A stretch of DNA of 64,000 bases. Origin: an uncultured Solirubrobacterales bacterium. Its GTDB lineage: Bacteria; Actinomycetota; Thermoleophilia; Solirubrobacterales; Solirubrobacteraceae. Shown here piece after piece: positions 45,699-54,708 of the stretch. Under the pieces are notes generated by a model that was not told the origin of the DNA, searched no databases, and saw only the letters and a list, made by a program, of their open reading frames with translations. The position numbers and the translations under genes are program-made. How positions within the stretch are numbered: the first letter of the stretch is position 1; each line of letters starts with the position of its first letter. The stretch spans positions 487,026 through 551,025 of the forward strand of contig CAWILV010000004.1 of the NCBI GenBank assembly GCA_963837135.1, given 5' to 3'.

Positions 45699-47297
45699 AT
45701 GGCCGGCGCCACGCTCAGCAAGCCGCGGCAGGACTCCACCCCGCTGCAGCGGTTGCGCGCGGTGGATGCCTCGACGTGGGCGAAGCTCGCGTTCGCGCTG
45801 CTCTGCGTGCTGGCCCTGATCGGGTACTTCGTGTTCCCGACGTATCCGACTTATGACTCCTTCTACGCGCTGCTCTGGGGTCGCGACCTGCTGCACCTGC
45901 ACCTGCCCGACTTCAAGGTCTACCGCGGTCCCACCGAGCATCCCTTGGCGATCGCCTTCGGCGTACTGTGCTCGCTTTTCGGTCAGGGCGGCGCGCGGCT
46001 GATGGTGTTCGGGTCGATCGCCTCGTTTGTGGCGCTCGTGGCGGGCGTGTACCGGCTCACACGGCTGTGTTTCGGACCGGTCGTCGGAATGTTCGCTGCG
46101 CTGTTGATGCTGAGTCGCTTCTTCGAGGAGAACCTCGCCGCGCAGGGCTATCTGGACATCTCCTACATCGCCCTACTCATCTGGGCCGTCGCCTTCGAGG
46201 TCGAAAAGCCCCGGCGCGGGGTTCCGGTCTTCCTGCTTCTGGCGGCCGCCGGGCTGTTGCGTCCTGACGCGTGGGTGTTGAGCGGCTTCTACTGGCTGTG
46301 GTGCGCCTGGCCAGCGCGTGTCAAGCGGGGATTGGGTGGTTCGGTCCATGACGAGCCGCCGAGCGGTGGCCCGGTTATCTACAGGGGCCCACCGATCGAC
46401 AACCGTAAGCGTCTTCAGTATCTGGCCCTGGCGGCGATTGCACCGCTGATATGGGTCGGCGCCGACGCGATCGTCACCGGGAACCCGCTCTACTCCCTGC
46501 ACTCGACTGCCGGCCTCGCCCAGGAACTCGGACGCACGCAGGGGTTCTCGAGCGTGGTGAGTTCGGTGTGGACCTACTCGGTGCGGATCGACAAGCTGCC
46601 GGTCGTGCTCGGCGGTCTGATTGGCGTGCCGATCGCGGTGTGGCTGGCTCCGCGACGCGTGCTCGTGCCGCTCGCGGTGCTCGTCCTGCTCGTGTTCGTG
46701 TTCGTCGCGGAGGGCGCTGCCGGCGCCTCGGTGATCGACCGCTACCTGATGGGCGCCGCGACGGTGCTGCTCCTCTTCTGCGCGGTTGCGATCGGCGGTT
46801 GGTCGATGCTGGAGCCCGGGTCGTGGCTGCGCCGTGCGTGGATGGTCGCGGCCGCTGCGCTGGTGCTCTTCGGAGCGGTCCTCGCTGCCACCACGCTGAG
46901 CCTCTCCAGCCTGCGCACGACGCTGGCCTATCACGAGGACTTTCACAAGGGGCTGGCTGTCGCACTGGCGGACCCGGCGGTGAAGGCCGAGCTCAGGCGT
47001 TGTCCGCTGGTCTCGCTGCCGGACAACAAGCTGATCCCGGACGCCCGCTGGATCCTCGACAGCACCGGACAGCGCAACATTGTCGCCCGCAGCGAGGCCC
47101 GCGCCGACGCCGACAAAGGCGCGCCGGCGCTGGAGAACCGAATCCGCGCCGGCAGCGTCGCGGTCTACCCGCTGGGTAGCGCGGTGTTCTTCGAGGCGAT
47201 CGTCGACGTCGGCGACGATCCGCGCGACCAGATTCCGCTCGCCGGTTTCAAACGGATCTTCACGAGTCGCTACTACGCGGTCTATGGCAACTGCTGA
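45699..47297 (+). CDS. polytopic membrane protein, probable GT-C fold glycosyltransferase
   Basis: 532 aa with more than 10 hydrophobic segments. Acidic/aromatic first loop (PTYDSFYALLWGRD). Paired with and overlapping the next GT-C gene. Family not firmly recognised. Confidence 0.45.
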   Translation: MAGATLSKPRQDSTPLQRLRAVDASTWAKLAFALLCVLALIGYFVFPTYPTYDSFYALLWGRDLLHLHLPDFKVYRGPTEHPLAIAFGVLCSLFGQGGARLMVFGSIASFVALVAGVYRLTRLCFGPVVGMFAALLMLSRFFEENLAAQGYLDISYIALLIWAVAFEVEKPRRGVPVFLLLAAAGLLRPDAWVLSGFYWLWCAWPARVKRGLGGSVHDEPPSGGPVIYRGPPIDNRKRLQYLALAAIAPLIWVGADAIVTGNPLYSLHSTAGLAQELGRTQGFSSVVSSVWTYSVRIDKLPVVLGGLIGVPIAVWLAPRRVLVPLAVLVLLVFVFVAEGAAGASVIDRYLMGAATVLLLFCAVAIGGWSMLEPGSWLRRAWMVAAAALVLFGAVLAATTLSLSSLRTTLAYHEDFHKGLAVALADPAVKAELRRCPLVSLPDNKLIPDARWILDSTGQRNIVARSEARADADKGAPALENRIRAGSVAVYPLGSAVFFEAIVDVGDDPRDQIPLAGFKRIFTSRYYAVYGNC

Positions 47298-49164
47298 GCC
47301 CTCGCTTGAGGCGGGCGCCGAGCCGTCGTCGACGGGGCGCGCGGGAGTCGATCGGACTCGTCGCTGGGCCTGGCCGGGACTGGCCGTCGTGCTCGGAGGC
47401 GGCCTTACGTTGCGCCTGTGGGGTGTGAGGCAGGGGCTGCCCTACGCGTACAACGTCGACGAGGCCGAGCATTTCGTGCCGCGTGCGGTCGAGATGTTCC
47501 AGAAAGGCACGCTCAACCCGCACTACTTCGCGAATCCGCCCGCGTTCACGTACCTGCTGCACTTCCTGTTCGGGCTGTGGTACGGGGGTGCATCAGGCAC
47601 GGTACGCGCGCTCGCGCTGCACCCTGACGAGGTCTACACCCTTGCCCGCGTGGTTGCTGCGCTGCTCGGCACGGGGGCGCTGTGGCTGCTGTACGCCACG
47701 GGCGCTCGACTGTTCAACCGTGCTGTCGGTCTGCTCGCGGCGGCGATCGAGGCGGTCGCGTTCCTGCCCGTCTTCTACGGTCACCTCGCGCTCAACGACG
47801 TGCCGACACTGTTCCCGCTGACGCTGTCGCTGTTGGGGAGCGCCGGGGTGCTGAGAAAAGGCCGCCGCCGCGACTACCTGCTGGCGGGAGTTGGGCTCGG
47901 GCTGGCCTGCGCGAGCAAGTACACCGCCGGGATCATCCTGCTGCCGCTACTGGCGGCGGCCGCGACGCGCTACCTGGACGTCGAGCCCGGCGCCCAGGCG
48001 TATGTGATCGGTCGCCGCGCAGTGGTCGGCCTCGCGGCCGCGCTCCTCGCCTTCCTGGTCGCGAACCCCTACGCCGTGCTCGACTATCAGGACTTCCACT
48101 CCGAACTGGTGCACCAGTCGACGCTCTCCGCCGAAGCCCAGGGCAAGCTCGGCGCGCCGAAAGAGGGTGGCTTGCTCTACTACCTGTGGTCGCTCACGTG
48201 GGGTCTCGGCTGGGTGCCGGCGCTGGCGGCGCTCGGCGGGATGTTCGCGGTGTGGCGCAAGGAGCGGCGGCTTGGCTTCATGCTGGTGCCCGCACCGCTG
48301 TTGTTTCTCGCGTTCATGGGTCTGCAGGGGCGCTATTTCGGGCGCTGGCTGCTGCCGATCTTCCCGATCCTGTGCCTGCTCGCGGCGTTCTTCGCCTTGC
48401 GGCTCGTGGAGGAAATCGTTCGTCTGGCGAGCAGGCGGCGTGCTCGCACTGCCGTGGTATCCGGGCCAAGTGAGCACGCAGGCCGTGCGTCGGGGAGGGC
48501 TACCGGGCGCCCGGCGCGAAAGCTCGGCGTGGTCGCGCTGGTGGTCACGGCACTGCTGGCACAGGGGCTCCTCTACAGCGTTCATTCCGGCCTGGTGCTC
48601 TCGCGCGCCGACACGCGCAACCTGACGCGCGCGTGGATGGTCGCGAACGTGCCGAAGGGCGCGCTGATCGTGGCCGAGCCCGTCTCGCCCGACGAATGGG
48701 CGCGCGAAGTAAGACCCGGAACATCGACTGCGGGAAATCCCTACCGCTGGCCGAAGTATCCCTCGCTGCTGTCGAGGATCTCTGCCGACGGCGCGCTCGA
48801 ACCGGCTTCGAGTCCCCTGAGGAAAGTCGAAATCGAGGATTACGTGCGCACGCTCAGCCCTGCTCTGATCGGCTACTACGAGCGTCACTCCTACTGTTGG
48901 GTCGTGAGCGGCTCCACGCAGGCCGGGCGGGCGTTTGCCGACCCAAAGGCGGTGCCGCAGGCGATTGCCTACTACACGGCGCTGGCCAAGCAGGGCGAAG
49001 TGGTCTATCGCGCCTCACCGTATTCGCACGGGCGGAACCGGGTGGCGTTTGACTTCGACTGGAGTTTTGACTACTACCCCCTTGCCTACTACCGGCCGGG
49101 GCCGGAAATGACCGTGTATCGGTTGCACGGTGGCCGGTGCAGGAACCGCCCGGGGATATCCTGA
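47284..49164 (+). CDS. GT-C glycosyltransferase of the PMT/ArnT type (GT39/GT83-like)
   Basis: Loop-1 motif YNVDEAEHF (the DE motif of PMT/ArnT enzymes). PMT_2-like TM core plus a roughly 200-aa C-terminal soluble domain. Start ATG 47284 overlaps the upstream gene by 14 nt. Confidence 0.7.
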   Translation: MATAEPSLEAGAEPSSTGRAGVDRTRRWAWPGLAVVLGGGLTLRLWGVRQGLPYAYNVDEAEHFVPRAVEMFQKGTLNPHYFANPPAFTYLLHFLFGLWYGGASGTVRALALHPDEVYTLARVVAALLGTGALWLLYATGARLFNRAVGLLAAAIEAVAFLPVFYGHLALNDVPTLFPLTLSLLGSAGVLRKGRRRDYLLAGVGLGLACASKYTAGIILLPLLAAAATRYLDVEPGAQAYVIGRRAVVGLAAALLAFLVANPYAVLDYQDFHSELVHQSTLSAEAQGKLGAPKEGGLLYYLWSLTWGLGWVPALAALGGMFAVWRKERRLGFMLVPAPLLFLAFMGLQGRYFGRWLLPIFPILCLLAAFFALRLVEEIVRLASRRRARTAVVSGPSEHAGRASGRATGRPARKLGVVALVVTALLAQGLLYSVHSGLVLSRADTRNLTRAWMVANVPKGALIVAEPVSPDEWAREVRPGTSTAGNPYRWPKYPSLLSRISADGALEPASSPLRKVEIEDYVRTLSPALIGYYERHSYCWVVSGSTQAGRAFADPKAVPQAIAYYTALAKQGEVVYRASPYSHGRNRVAFDFDWSFDYYPLAYYRPGPEMTVYRLHGGRCRNRPGIS

Positions 49165-49170
49165 AAGGCG

Positions 49171-50304
49171 ATGACCACCTGCACTGACACCGACCGGGCG
49201 CACCTGGAGCGCGCGATCGAGCTCGCCGGCAACGGATTGGGTGCTGTCAAGCCCAACCCGGTGGTGGGCGCTGTGGTCGCCCGCGACGGAGAGGTGTTGG
49301 GCGAGGGTTGGCACGAACAGTTCGGTGGCGTGCACGCGGAGGTCAACGCGATCGAGGCCTGCGGCGTGGCGGATCTGAGCGGGGCGACACTGTATGTGTC
49401 GCTGGAGCCGTGCTGCCATGAGGGCAAGACGCCGCCGTGCACCGACGCGATTCTGCAGGCGGGGATCAAGCGGGTGATCGTCGCCTCCGACGACCCCACG
49501 GAGAAGGCCTCGGGGCGCGGCCTGGGGATCCTGCGCGATGAGGGCGTCGAGGTGCTGCTCGCCGACAGCGAGCTCGCCGCGCGTGCTCGTTTGCTTAACC
49601 AGGCCTTTCGCAAGCATGCTCGCGTGGGGCGGCCGTGGGTGCTGTTCAAGTCCGCGATGACGCTCGACGGCAAGGTCGCGACCCGCACCGGCGACTCGCA
49701 GTGGATCAGCGGCGAGGACAGCCGCGAGCTGGCGCATCGTTGGCGTGCGTCGGTCGATGCGGTGGTCGTGGGCATCGGCACGGCGCTGGCGGACGACCCG
49801 CGGCTGACGGCACGGCCGGAGGGCCTGGCCGCGGATCTGCCACCACAACCGCGACGCGTGGTGTTCGATTCGCTCGCACGTCTGCCGCCCACCTCCCAGC
49901 TGGTGGCTGCGGCGGCGGAGATACCGCTCACGATCGTGGTCTCGCGGGCGGCGGCGCGGGCGGACACCGACGCGCTGGAGGCGGCCGGCGCACAGGTGGT
50001 GCTGGCAACTGGTGAGAACGAGCCGGCACGGGTCCGATCGGGGCTCGAGCAGCTGGGGGCGCTCGGCGTCACCGCGGTTCTGCTCGAGGGCGGCCCGCAT
50101 CTCGCCGGCGCGTTCCTGGACGCGGGCGAGATCGACGAGATCCGCCTGTTCCTGGCGCCCCTGCTGTTGGGCGGAAGCGCGGCCCGCGATCCTTTGGAGG
50201 GAAAGGGAGTCGAGCGGATCTCCGAGGCGCTGCGCGCGCTGACCTTCGACTGCGAGCGTGTCGGCGAGGACCTCTTGATCTCCGCGCGCCTGCGCGAGTG
50301 GTAG
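49171..50304 (+). CDS. ribD: bifunctional diaminohydroxyphosphoribosylaminopyrimidine deaminase / 5-amino-6-(5-phosphoribosylamino)uracil reductase
   Basis: Deaminase zinc motifs HAEVNA and EPCCHEGKTPPC, plus a reductase C-terminal domain. Confidence 0.93.
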   Translation: MTTCTDTDRAHLERAIELAGNGLGAVKPNPVVGAVVARDGEVLGEGWHEQFGGVHAEVNAIEACGVADLSGATLYVSLEPCCHEGKTPPCTDAILQAGIKRVIVASDDPTEKASGRGLGILRDEGVEVLLADSELAARARLLNQAFRKHARVGRPWVLFKSAMTLDGKVATRTGDSQWISGEDSRELAHRWRASVDAVVVGIGTALADDPRLTARPEGLAADLPPQPRRVVFDSLARLPPTSQLVAAAAEIPLTIVVSRAAARADTDALEAAGAQVVLATGENEPARVRSGLEQLGALGVTAVLLEGGPHLAGAFLDAGEIDEIRLFLAPLLLGGSAARDPLEGKGVERISEALRALTFDCERVGEDLLISARLREW

Positions 50305-50308
50305 GTGA

Positions 50309-50905
50309 GTGATGTTCACCGGCCTGATCGCCGATCTGGGTGAAGTGACAGCGCGGCACGAAGACGGTGAGGGCGCGACGCTCGAGATCGGCACGCGCCT
50401 GGCGGGCGAGCTGGGCGAGGGCGACTCGATCGCCGTCAACGGTGTGTGCCTGACCGCCACGGAGGTCCAGGGCGAAAGCTTCGCGGCGCAGGCGATGCGC
50501 GAGACGCTCGATCGCTCCGCGCTGGGGACATTGGTGCGCGGCGCGCGGGTAAACCTCGAGCTGCCTCTGCGCGCGGCCGATCGCCTGGGCGGACACGTTG
50601 TGCAGGGCCACGTCGACGGTACCGGCACGGTGGGCGATATAAACGAGCAGGGCTTTGCGCGAGTGCTGAGAATCGATGAGGGCGAGTCGGGCTTAGGGCG
50701 TTACTTGGTCGAGAAGGGGTCGATCGCTGTGAACGGCGTGAGCCTCACCGTCAGCGCACTGCACGACGATGGTTTCGAGGTCTCGCTGATCCCGGAGACG
50801 CTCGAGCGAACCAACCTGGGAGCGGTGGTCGTCGGAGATAAGGTCAACCTGGAGGCGGATGTGCTGGCTAAGCACGTGGAGCGTCTCTTGAAGGCCAGAT
50901 CATGA
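50309..50905 (+). CDS. ribE: riboflavin synthase
   Basis: MFTGLI N-terminus and the duplicated lumazine-binding repeat ([10 protein letters not shown] / [10 protein letters not shown]). Confidence 0.93.
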   Translation: MMFTGLIADLGEVTARHEDGEGATLEIGTRLAGELGEGDSIAVNGVCLTATEVQGESFAAQAMRETLDRSALGTLVRGARVNLELPLRAADRLGGHVVQGHVDGTGTVGDINEQGFARVLRIDEGESGLGRYLVEKGSIAVNGVSLTVSALHDDGFEVSLIPETLERTNLGAVVVGDKVNLEADVLAKHVERLLKARS

Positions 50906-52227
50906 GCGACACCCGCACGACTACACCGTTCGCGACGATCGAGGAAGCGCTCGAGGAGATCCGCGAGGGCCGGATGGTCGTCGTGTGCGACGACGAGAAT
51001 CGCGAGAACGAGGGCGATCTGACGCTGGCGGCGCAGTTCGCGACGCCCGAGGCGATCAACTTCATGGCGAAGGAGGGTCGTGGGCTGATCTGCCTGTCGT
51101 TGACCCCCGAGCGCTGTGAGGAGCTGGGCCTGGAGCTGATGGCGGCGAAGAACGAATCCTCGTTCGAGACGCCGTTCACGGTGTCGATCGAGGCACGCGA
51201 AGGGGTGACCACGGGAATCTCCGCGCACGATCGCGCGCGCACGATCCAGGTGGCGATCGACCCTGAGACCAACCCTCGTGACCTCGTCCAGCCGGGGCAC
51301 ATCTTCCCGCTGAAGTCGCGTGCCGGAGGCGTGCTCGAGCGAACCGGACAGACCGAGGCGGCGGTCGATCTGGCGCGTCTGGCCGGGCTGAACCCCGCGG
51401 GGGTGATCTGCGAGGTGATGAACGACGACGGGACGATGGCGCGCGTGGACGATCTCGCAGGCTACTGCGCAAGGCATGAGCTGAAGATGATCACGATCGC
51501 CGACCTGATCGCCTACCGCCGGCGTCACGACAAGCTCGTCGAGCGCGTGGCGGAGGCGAAGCTGCCGACGGCATTCGGGGAGTTCGAGGTCGTCGGCTAT
51601 CGCGCGCTGCTCGACGAGAAGCACCATGTTGCGCTCGTCAAGGGCGATGTGGCCGGGCGCAGCGACGTGCTCGTGCGCGTGCATTCGGAGTGCCTCACCG
51701 GTGACGTGTTCCACTCGCTGCGCTGTGACTGTGGGGAGCAGCTGGAGTCGGCGCTGGCGATGATCGAGGCCGAGGGCGAGGGGGTGCTGCTGTACCTCGC
51801 CCAGGAGGGCAGGGGCATCGGCCTGCTGAACAAGCTGAAGGCTTACCGCCTGCAGGAGGAGGGAATGGACACGGTGGAAGCGAACCTCGAGCTCGGGCTG
51901 CCCGCGGACCTGCGCGACTACGGGATCGGCGCGCAGATCCTCGCCGACCTCGGGCTCTCCTCGATCAGGATCCTCACGAACAACCCGAAGAAGATTCGTG
52001 GCCTGGAGGGCTACGGGTTGTCGGTGAGCGCCCAGATCCCGATCGAGCATGCCCCGAACGAGCACAACGCGCAGTACATGCGCACGAAGGCACGGCGCAT
52101 GGGACACACCCTGCACCACCAGGGCTTGAATCTCGACGAGGAGCTGCTGCACTCAGAGCGGGAGCAAGACCGCGCTCAAGAGCGTCGCATCTCCGATCGA
52201 CGTGCCGGGGATCGGAAAGACTCGTGA
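50902..52227 (+). CDS. ribBA: bifunctional 3,4-dihydroxy-2-butanone-4-phosphate synthase / GTP cyclohydrolase II
   Basis: DHBP synthase ([11 protein letters not shown]) fused to GCH II ([19 protein letters not shown]). ATGA overlap with ribE. Charged roughly 40-aa tail. Confidence 0.93.
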   Translation: MSDTRTTTPFATIEEALEEIREGRMVVVCDDENRENEGDLTLAAQFATPEAINFMAKEGRGLICLSLTPERCEELGLELMAAKNESSFETPFTVSIEAREGVTTGISAHDRARTIQVAIDPETNPRDLVQPGHIFPLKSRAGGVLERTGQTEAAVDLARLAGLNPAGVICEVMNDDGTMARVDDLAGYCARHELKMITIADLIAYRRRHDKLVERVAEAKLPTAFGEFEVVGYRALLDEKHHVALVKGDVAGRSDVLVRVHSECLTGDVFHSLRCDCGEQLESALAMIEAEGEGVLLYLAQEGRGIGLLNKLKAYRLQEEGMDTVEANLELGLPADLRDYGIGAQILADLGLSSIRILTNNPKKIRGLEGYGLSVSAQIPIEHAPNEHNAQYMRTKARRMGHTLHHQGLNLDEELLHSEREQDRAQERRISDRRAGDRKDS

Positions 52228-52249
52228 GCGAGCGAGCCGGGGCGCAGCG

Positions 52250-52690
52250 ATGACGGGAAACGACTCCTACGCGATCGTGATCGGCCGCTTTTACGAGCAG
52301 CTGGCCGAGCGGCTGCTGGACGGTGCGAGGAACGCATTCGCGCAGGCCGGGCACGAGGACGTAAGCGTGTTCGACGTGCCTGGCGCGTTCGAGCTGCCGC
52401 TCGCCGCGAGCTACGCGGCGAAAACCGGACAGTTTGTGGGAGTGGCGTGTTTGGGCGCAGTGATCAAGGGCGAGACCGACCATTACGACTTCGTCTGCGC
52501 CGAGACCGCGCGGGGGCTAATGCAGGTGCAGCTGCAGACGGGCGTGCCGTGCGCGTTCGGCGTGTTGACCTGCGCGACGATGGAGCAGGCACTGGCGCGC
52601 GCCGGCGGTGGCAAGCGCGATCAGGGCGCTCACGCCGCCGAGGCGGTGCTGCGGATGGCGGCGCTGCATCGCGAGCTTTCGAGCGGCTAG
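52250..52690 (+). CDS. ribH: 6,7-dimethyl-8-ribityllumazine synthase
   Basis: VPGAFELP and GETDHYDFV motifs. Start ATG 52250 inside track ORF 52202..52690. Confidence 0.9.
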   Translation: MTGNDSYAIVIGRFYEQLAERLLDGARNAFAQAGHEDVSVFDVPGAFELPLAASYAAKTGQFVGVACLGAVIKGETDHYDFVCAETARGLMQVQLQTGVPCAFGVLTCATMEQALARAGGGKRDQGAHAAEAVLRMAALHRELSSG

Positions 52691-52700
52691 ACTGCGGCGC

Positions 52701-52892
52701 ATGGCAAAGGTGTGTCACAGCTGCGGGAAGGGACCGGCGTTCGGCCAGAGCCGCAGCCACTCGATGGTCGCGACCAAGCGGCGCTTCGATCCGAACCTGC
52801 AGAAGGTGCGGATCCTCGTGGGCAAGGCGCCAAAGCGCGTTTACGTGTGTACTCGCTGCCTGAAAGCCGGCAAGGTAACCAAGGCCGCATAG
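52701..52892 (+). CDS. rpmB: 50S ribosomal protein L28 (Cys-containing form)
   Basis: [21 protein letters not shown]... with two CxxC pairs. 63 aa. Start ATG 52701 inside track ORF 52608..52892. Confidence 0.92.
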   Translation: MAKVCHSCGKGPAFGQSRSHSMVATKRRFDPNLQKVRILVGKAPKRVYVCTRCLKAGKVTKAA

Positions 52893-52909
52893 GCCATTCT
52901 CGCTGTGAG

Positions 52910-52927
52910 CGGGCGGCGTGCCGCCCG
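52910..52927 (+). terminator. GC-rich hairpin CGGGCGGC-gt-GCCGCCCG after rpmB; possible U-tract-less terminator
   Basis: An 8-bp perfect stem read directly, 18 nt after the rpmB stop. No T-run follows, so function is uncertain. Confidence 0.3.
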
Positions 52928-52944
52928 GATGAGGTGATAGAGGT

Positions 52945-54675
52945 GTGGGCGTGACCGATACGAACCTGGTCCGCTTCCGCGCTGCGGTGGCGGGGGCGTT
53001 GGCGCACCTGGAATCGCGCCGCGAGGAGGTCAACGACCTCAACGTGTTCCCGGTTGCCGACGGCGACACGGGCGACAACATGGCGCTCACGCTGCGCGCG
53101 GTGCTGGCCGAGCTCGACCGCTTGCAGGGGAGTAATGAGGCACGCACGATCGACGAGATCGGACGTGAGGAGATCGTGCAGTCGGTTGCGCGCGCGGCAC
53201 TCTTGGGCGCGCGTGGTAACTCGGGTGTGATCCTCTCCCAGCTGATACGAGGCGCGGCGGAGGAGCTGGTCAGCCGTCCCGGAGAGCTGATCGACGCCAC
53301 GCTGATCGGTGCGGCGCTGGCCAACGCGGCCGACCGTGCTTACTCCTCGGTGCGCGAGCCGGCGGAGGGCACGATCCTGACCGTGGCGCGCGAGATGGCT
53401 CATCAGATCGTGACCGATCTCGCGCACAGTCCGGAGAGTCCCCGCCTGGACCCCGACGCGGAGCCGCGGCTGCAGGACGCGGCGATCGCCGCTGCACTGG
53501 AGCGCGCGGTGACGACGGGGCAGGAGTCGGTCAAGCGTGGCCCCGAGCTGCTGGCGGCGCTGCGCGACGCCGGCGTGGTCGACGCGGGCGGTTACGGGCT
53601 GACGATCATCTTCGCGGGCGTCGTTGCGGCGCTGCGCGGCGACGACCCGCCGGAGCTCGATCACTACGCGCCCGCGCGCATCAGCCATCCCGAGCATCAT
53701 TCGAGCACGTATCGCTTCTGCACGAACTTCGCCGTCACCGGCACCGGGCTGAGCTCGGGGCGCTTCATCGCGCCGTTGGAGCAGCTCGGGGACTCGGTGC
53801 TGGTCGTCGGCGACACGACGACGCTGAAGGTGCACGTGCACACGGACGAGCCCGAGCGGGCGACCGCGGTGTTCGCGCAGGCGGGGGAGGTATCGCGTCT
53901 GGACGTCGCGGACATGCGTCTGCAGGTGAGCGAGCGCGAGCAGCGGCTGAGAGACGATGGTGGCGGCATCGATGCCGAGGGCAAAGGAGTTGATGGGATC
54001 CCGCCCTCCCAGACTAACGGTCGGGCCTCCGTCGACGGCCCGCGCGTGCGCTGCGGGGCGGTGGCGGTTGTCAGCGGCGACGGTCTGGCGGCGATGTTCG
54101 AGCAGCTGGGTGTGCACACGATCGACGGCGGCCCGACGCTCAACCCCTCAACCTACGATCTGCTGGCGGCGATCCACGAGGTGCAGGCCGAGGAGGTGGT
54201 GGTGCTGCCGAACTCGGCGAACGTGATCATGGCCGCCGAGCACGCGGCCGAGCTGTCGGACAAGCAGGTGCTCGTGGCGCTCACAACCAGCCAGCAGGCC
54301 GGTCTCACCGCTGCGGTCGCGCTGGAGTCCGATCGCACTGTGGAGGAGAACGCACGGGCACTGGACCAGGCGCTTGCCCATCTGCGCACGGGTGCGGTCG
54401 CGCAGGCCGCGCGCGACGACGCGCAGGGACGCTTCGGTCGGGGCGAGGCGGTGGGGTTCGTGGCGGACGAGGTGGTCGCATGGGGGGAGCCTCGCGAGAC
54501 CCTGCGGGCGGTCCTGGAGACGCTCGCCGATGGCGCGGAGCTGATCAGCGTGCTCGCGGGTCAGGACGCTCCACTGGAGCCTGGGGACGTCGCCGAACTG
54601 ATCAACGGCGAGGTCGAGCTCGAACTGCACGACGGCGGCCAGCCCGCCTACTGGTGGTTGCTGGCCGCGGAGTGA
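52945..54675 (+). CDS. DAK2 domain-containing protein (YloV-like)
   Basis: FPVADGDTGDNM DAK2 motif plus a C-terminal DegV-like/uncharacterised domain. The conserved neighbourhood rpmB-yloV-recG is as in Firmicutes. Confidence 0.85.
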   Translation: MGVTDTNLVRFRAAVAGALAHLESRREEVNDLNVFPVADGDTGDNMALTLRAVLAELDRLQGSNEARTIDEIGREEIVQSVARAALLGARGNSGVILSQLIRGAAEELVSRPGELIDATLIGAALANAADRAYSSVREPAEGTILTVAREMAHQIVTDLAHSPESPRLDPDAEPRLQDAAIAAALERAVTTGQESVKRGPELLAALRDAGVVDAGGYGLTIIFAGVVAALRGDDPPELDHYAPARISHPEHHSSTYRFCTNFAVTGTGLSSGRFIAPLEQLGDSVLVVGDTTTLKVHVHTDEPERATAVFAQAGEVSRLDVADMRLQVSEREQRLRDDGGGIDAEGKGVDGIPPSQTNGRASVDGPRVRCGAVAVVSGDGLAAMFEQLGVHTIDGGPTLNPSTYDLLAAIHEVQAEEVVVLPNSANVIMAAEHAAELSDKQVLVALTTSQQAGLTAAVALESDRTVEENARALDQALAHLRTGAVAQAARDDAQGRFGRGEAVGFVADEVVAWGEPRETLRAVLETLADGAELISVLAGQDAPLEPGDVAELINGEVELELHDGGQPAYWWLLAAE

Positions 54676-54708
54676 CGACCGCCGAAGGAGGCATGATGGA
54701 TAAAGAAG

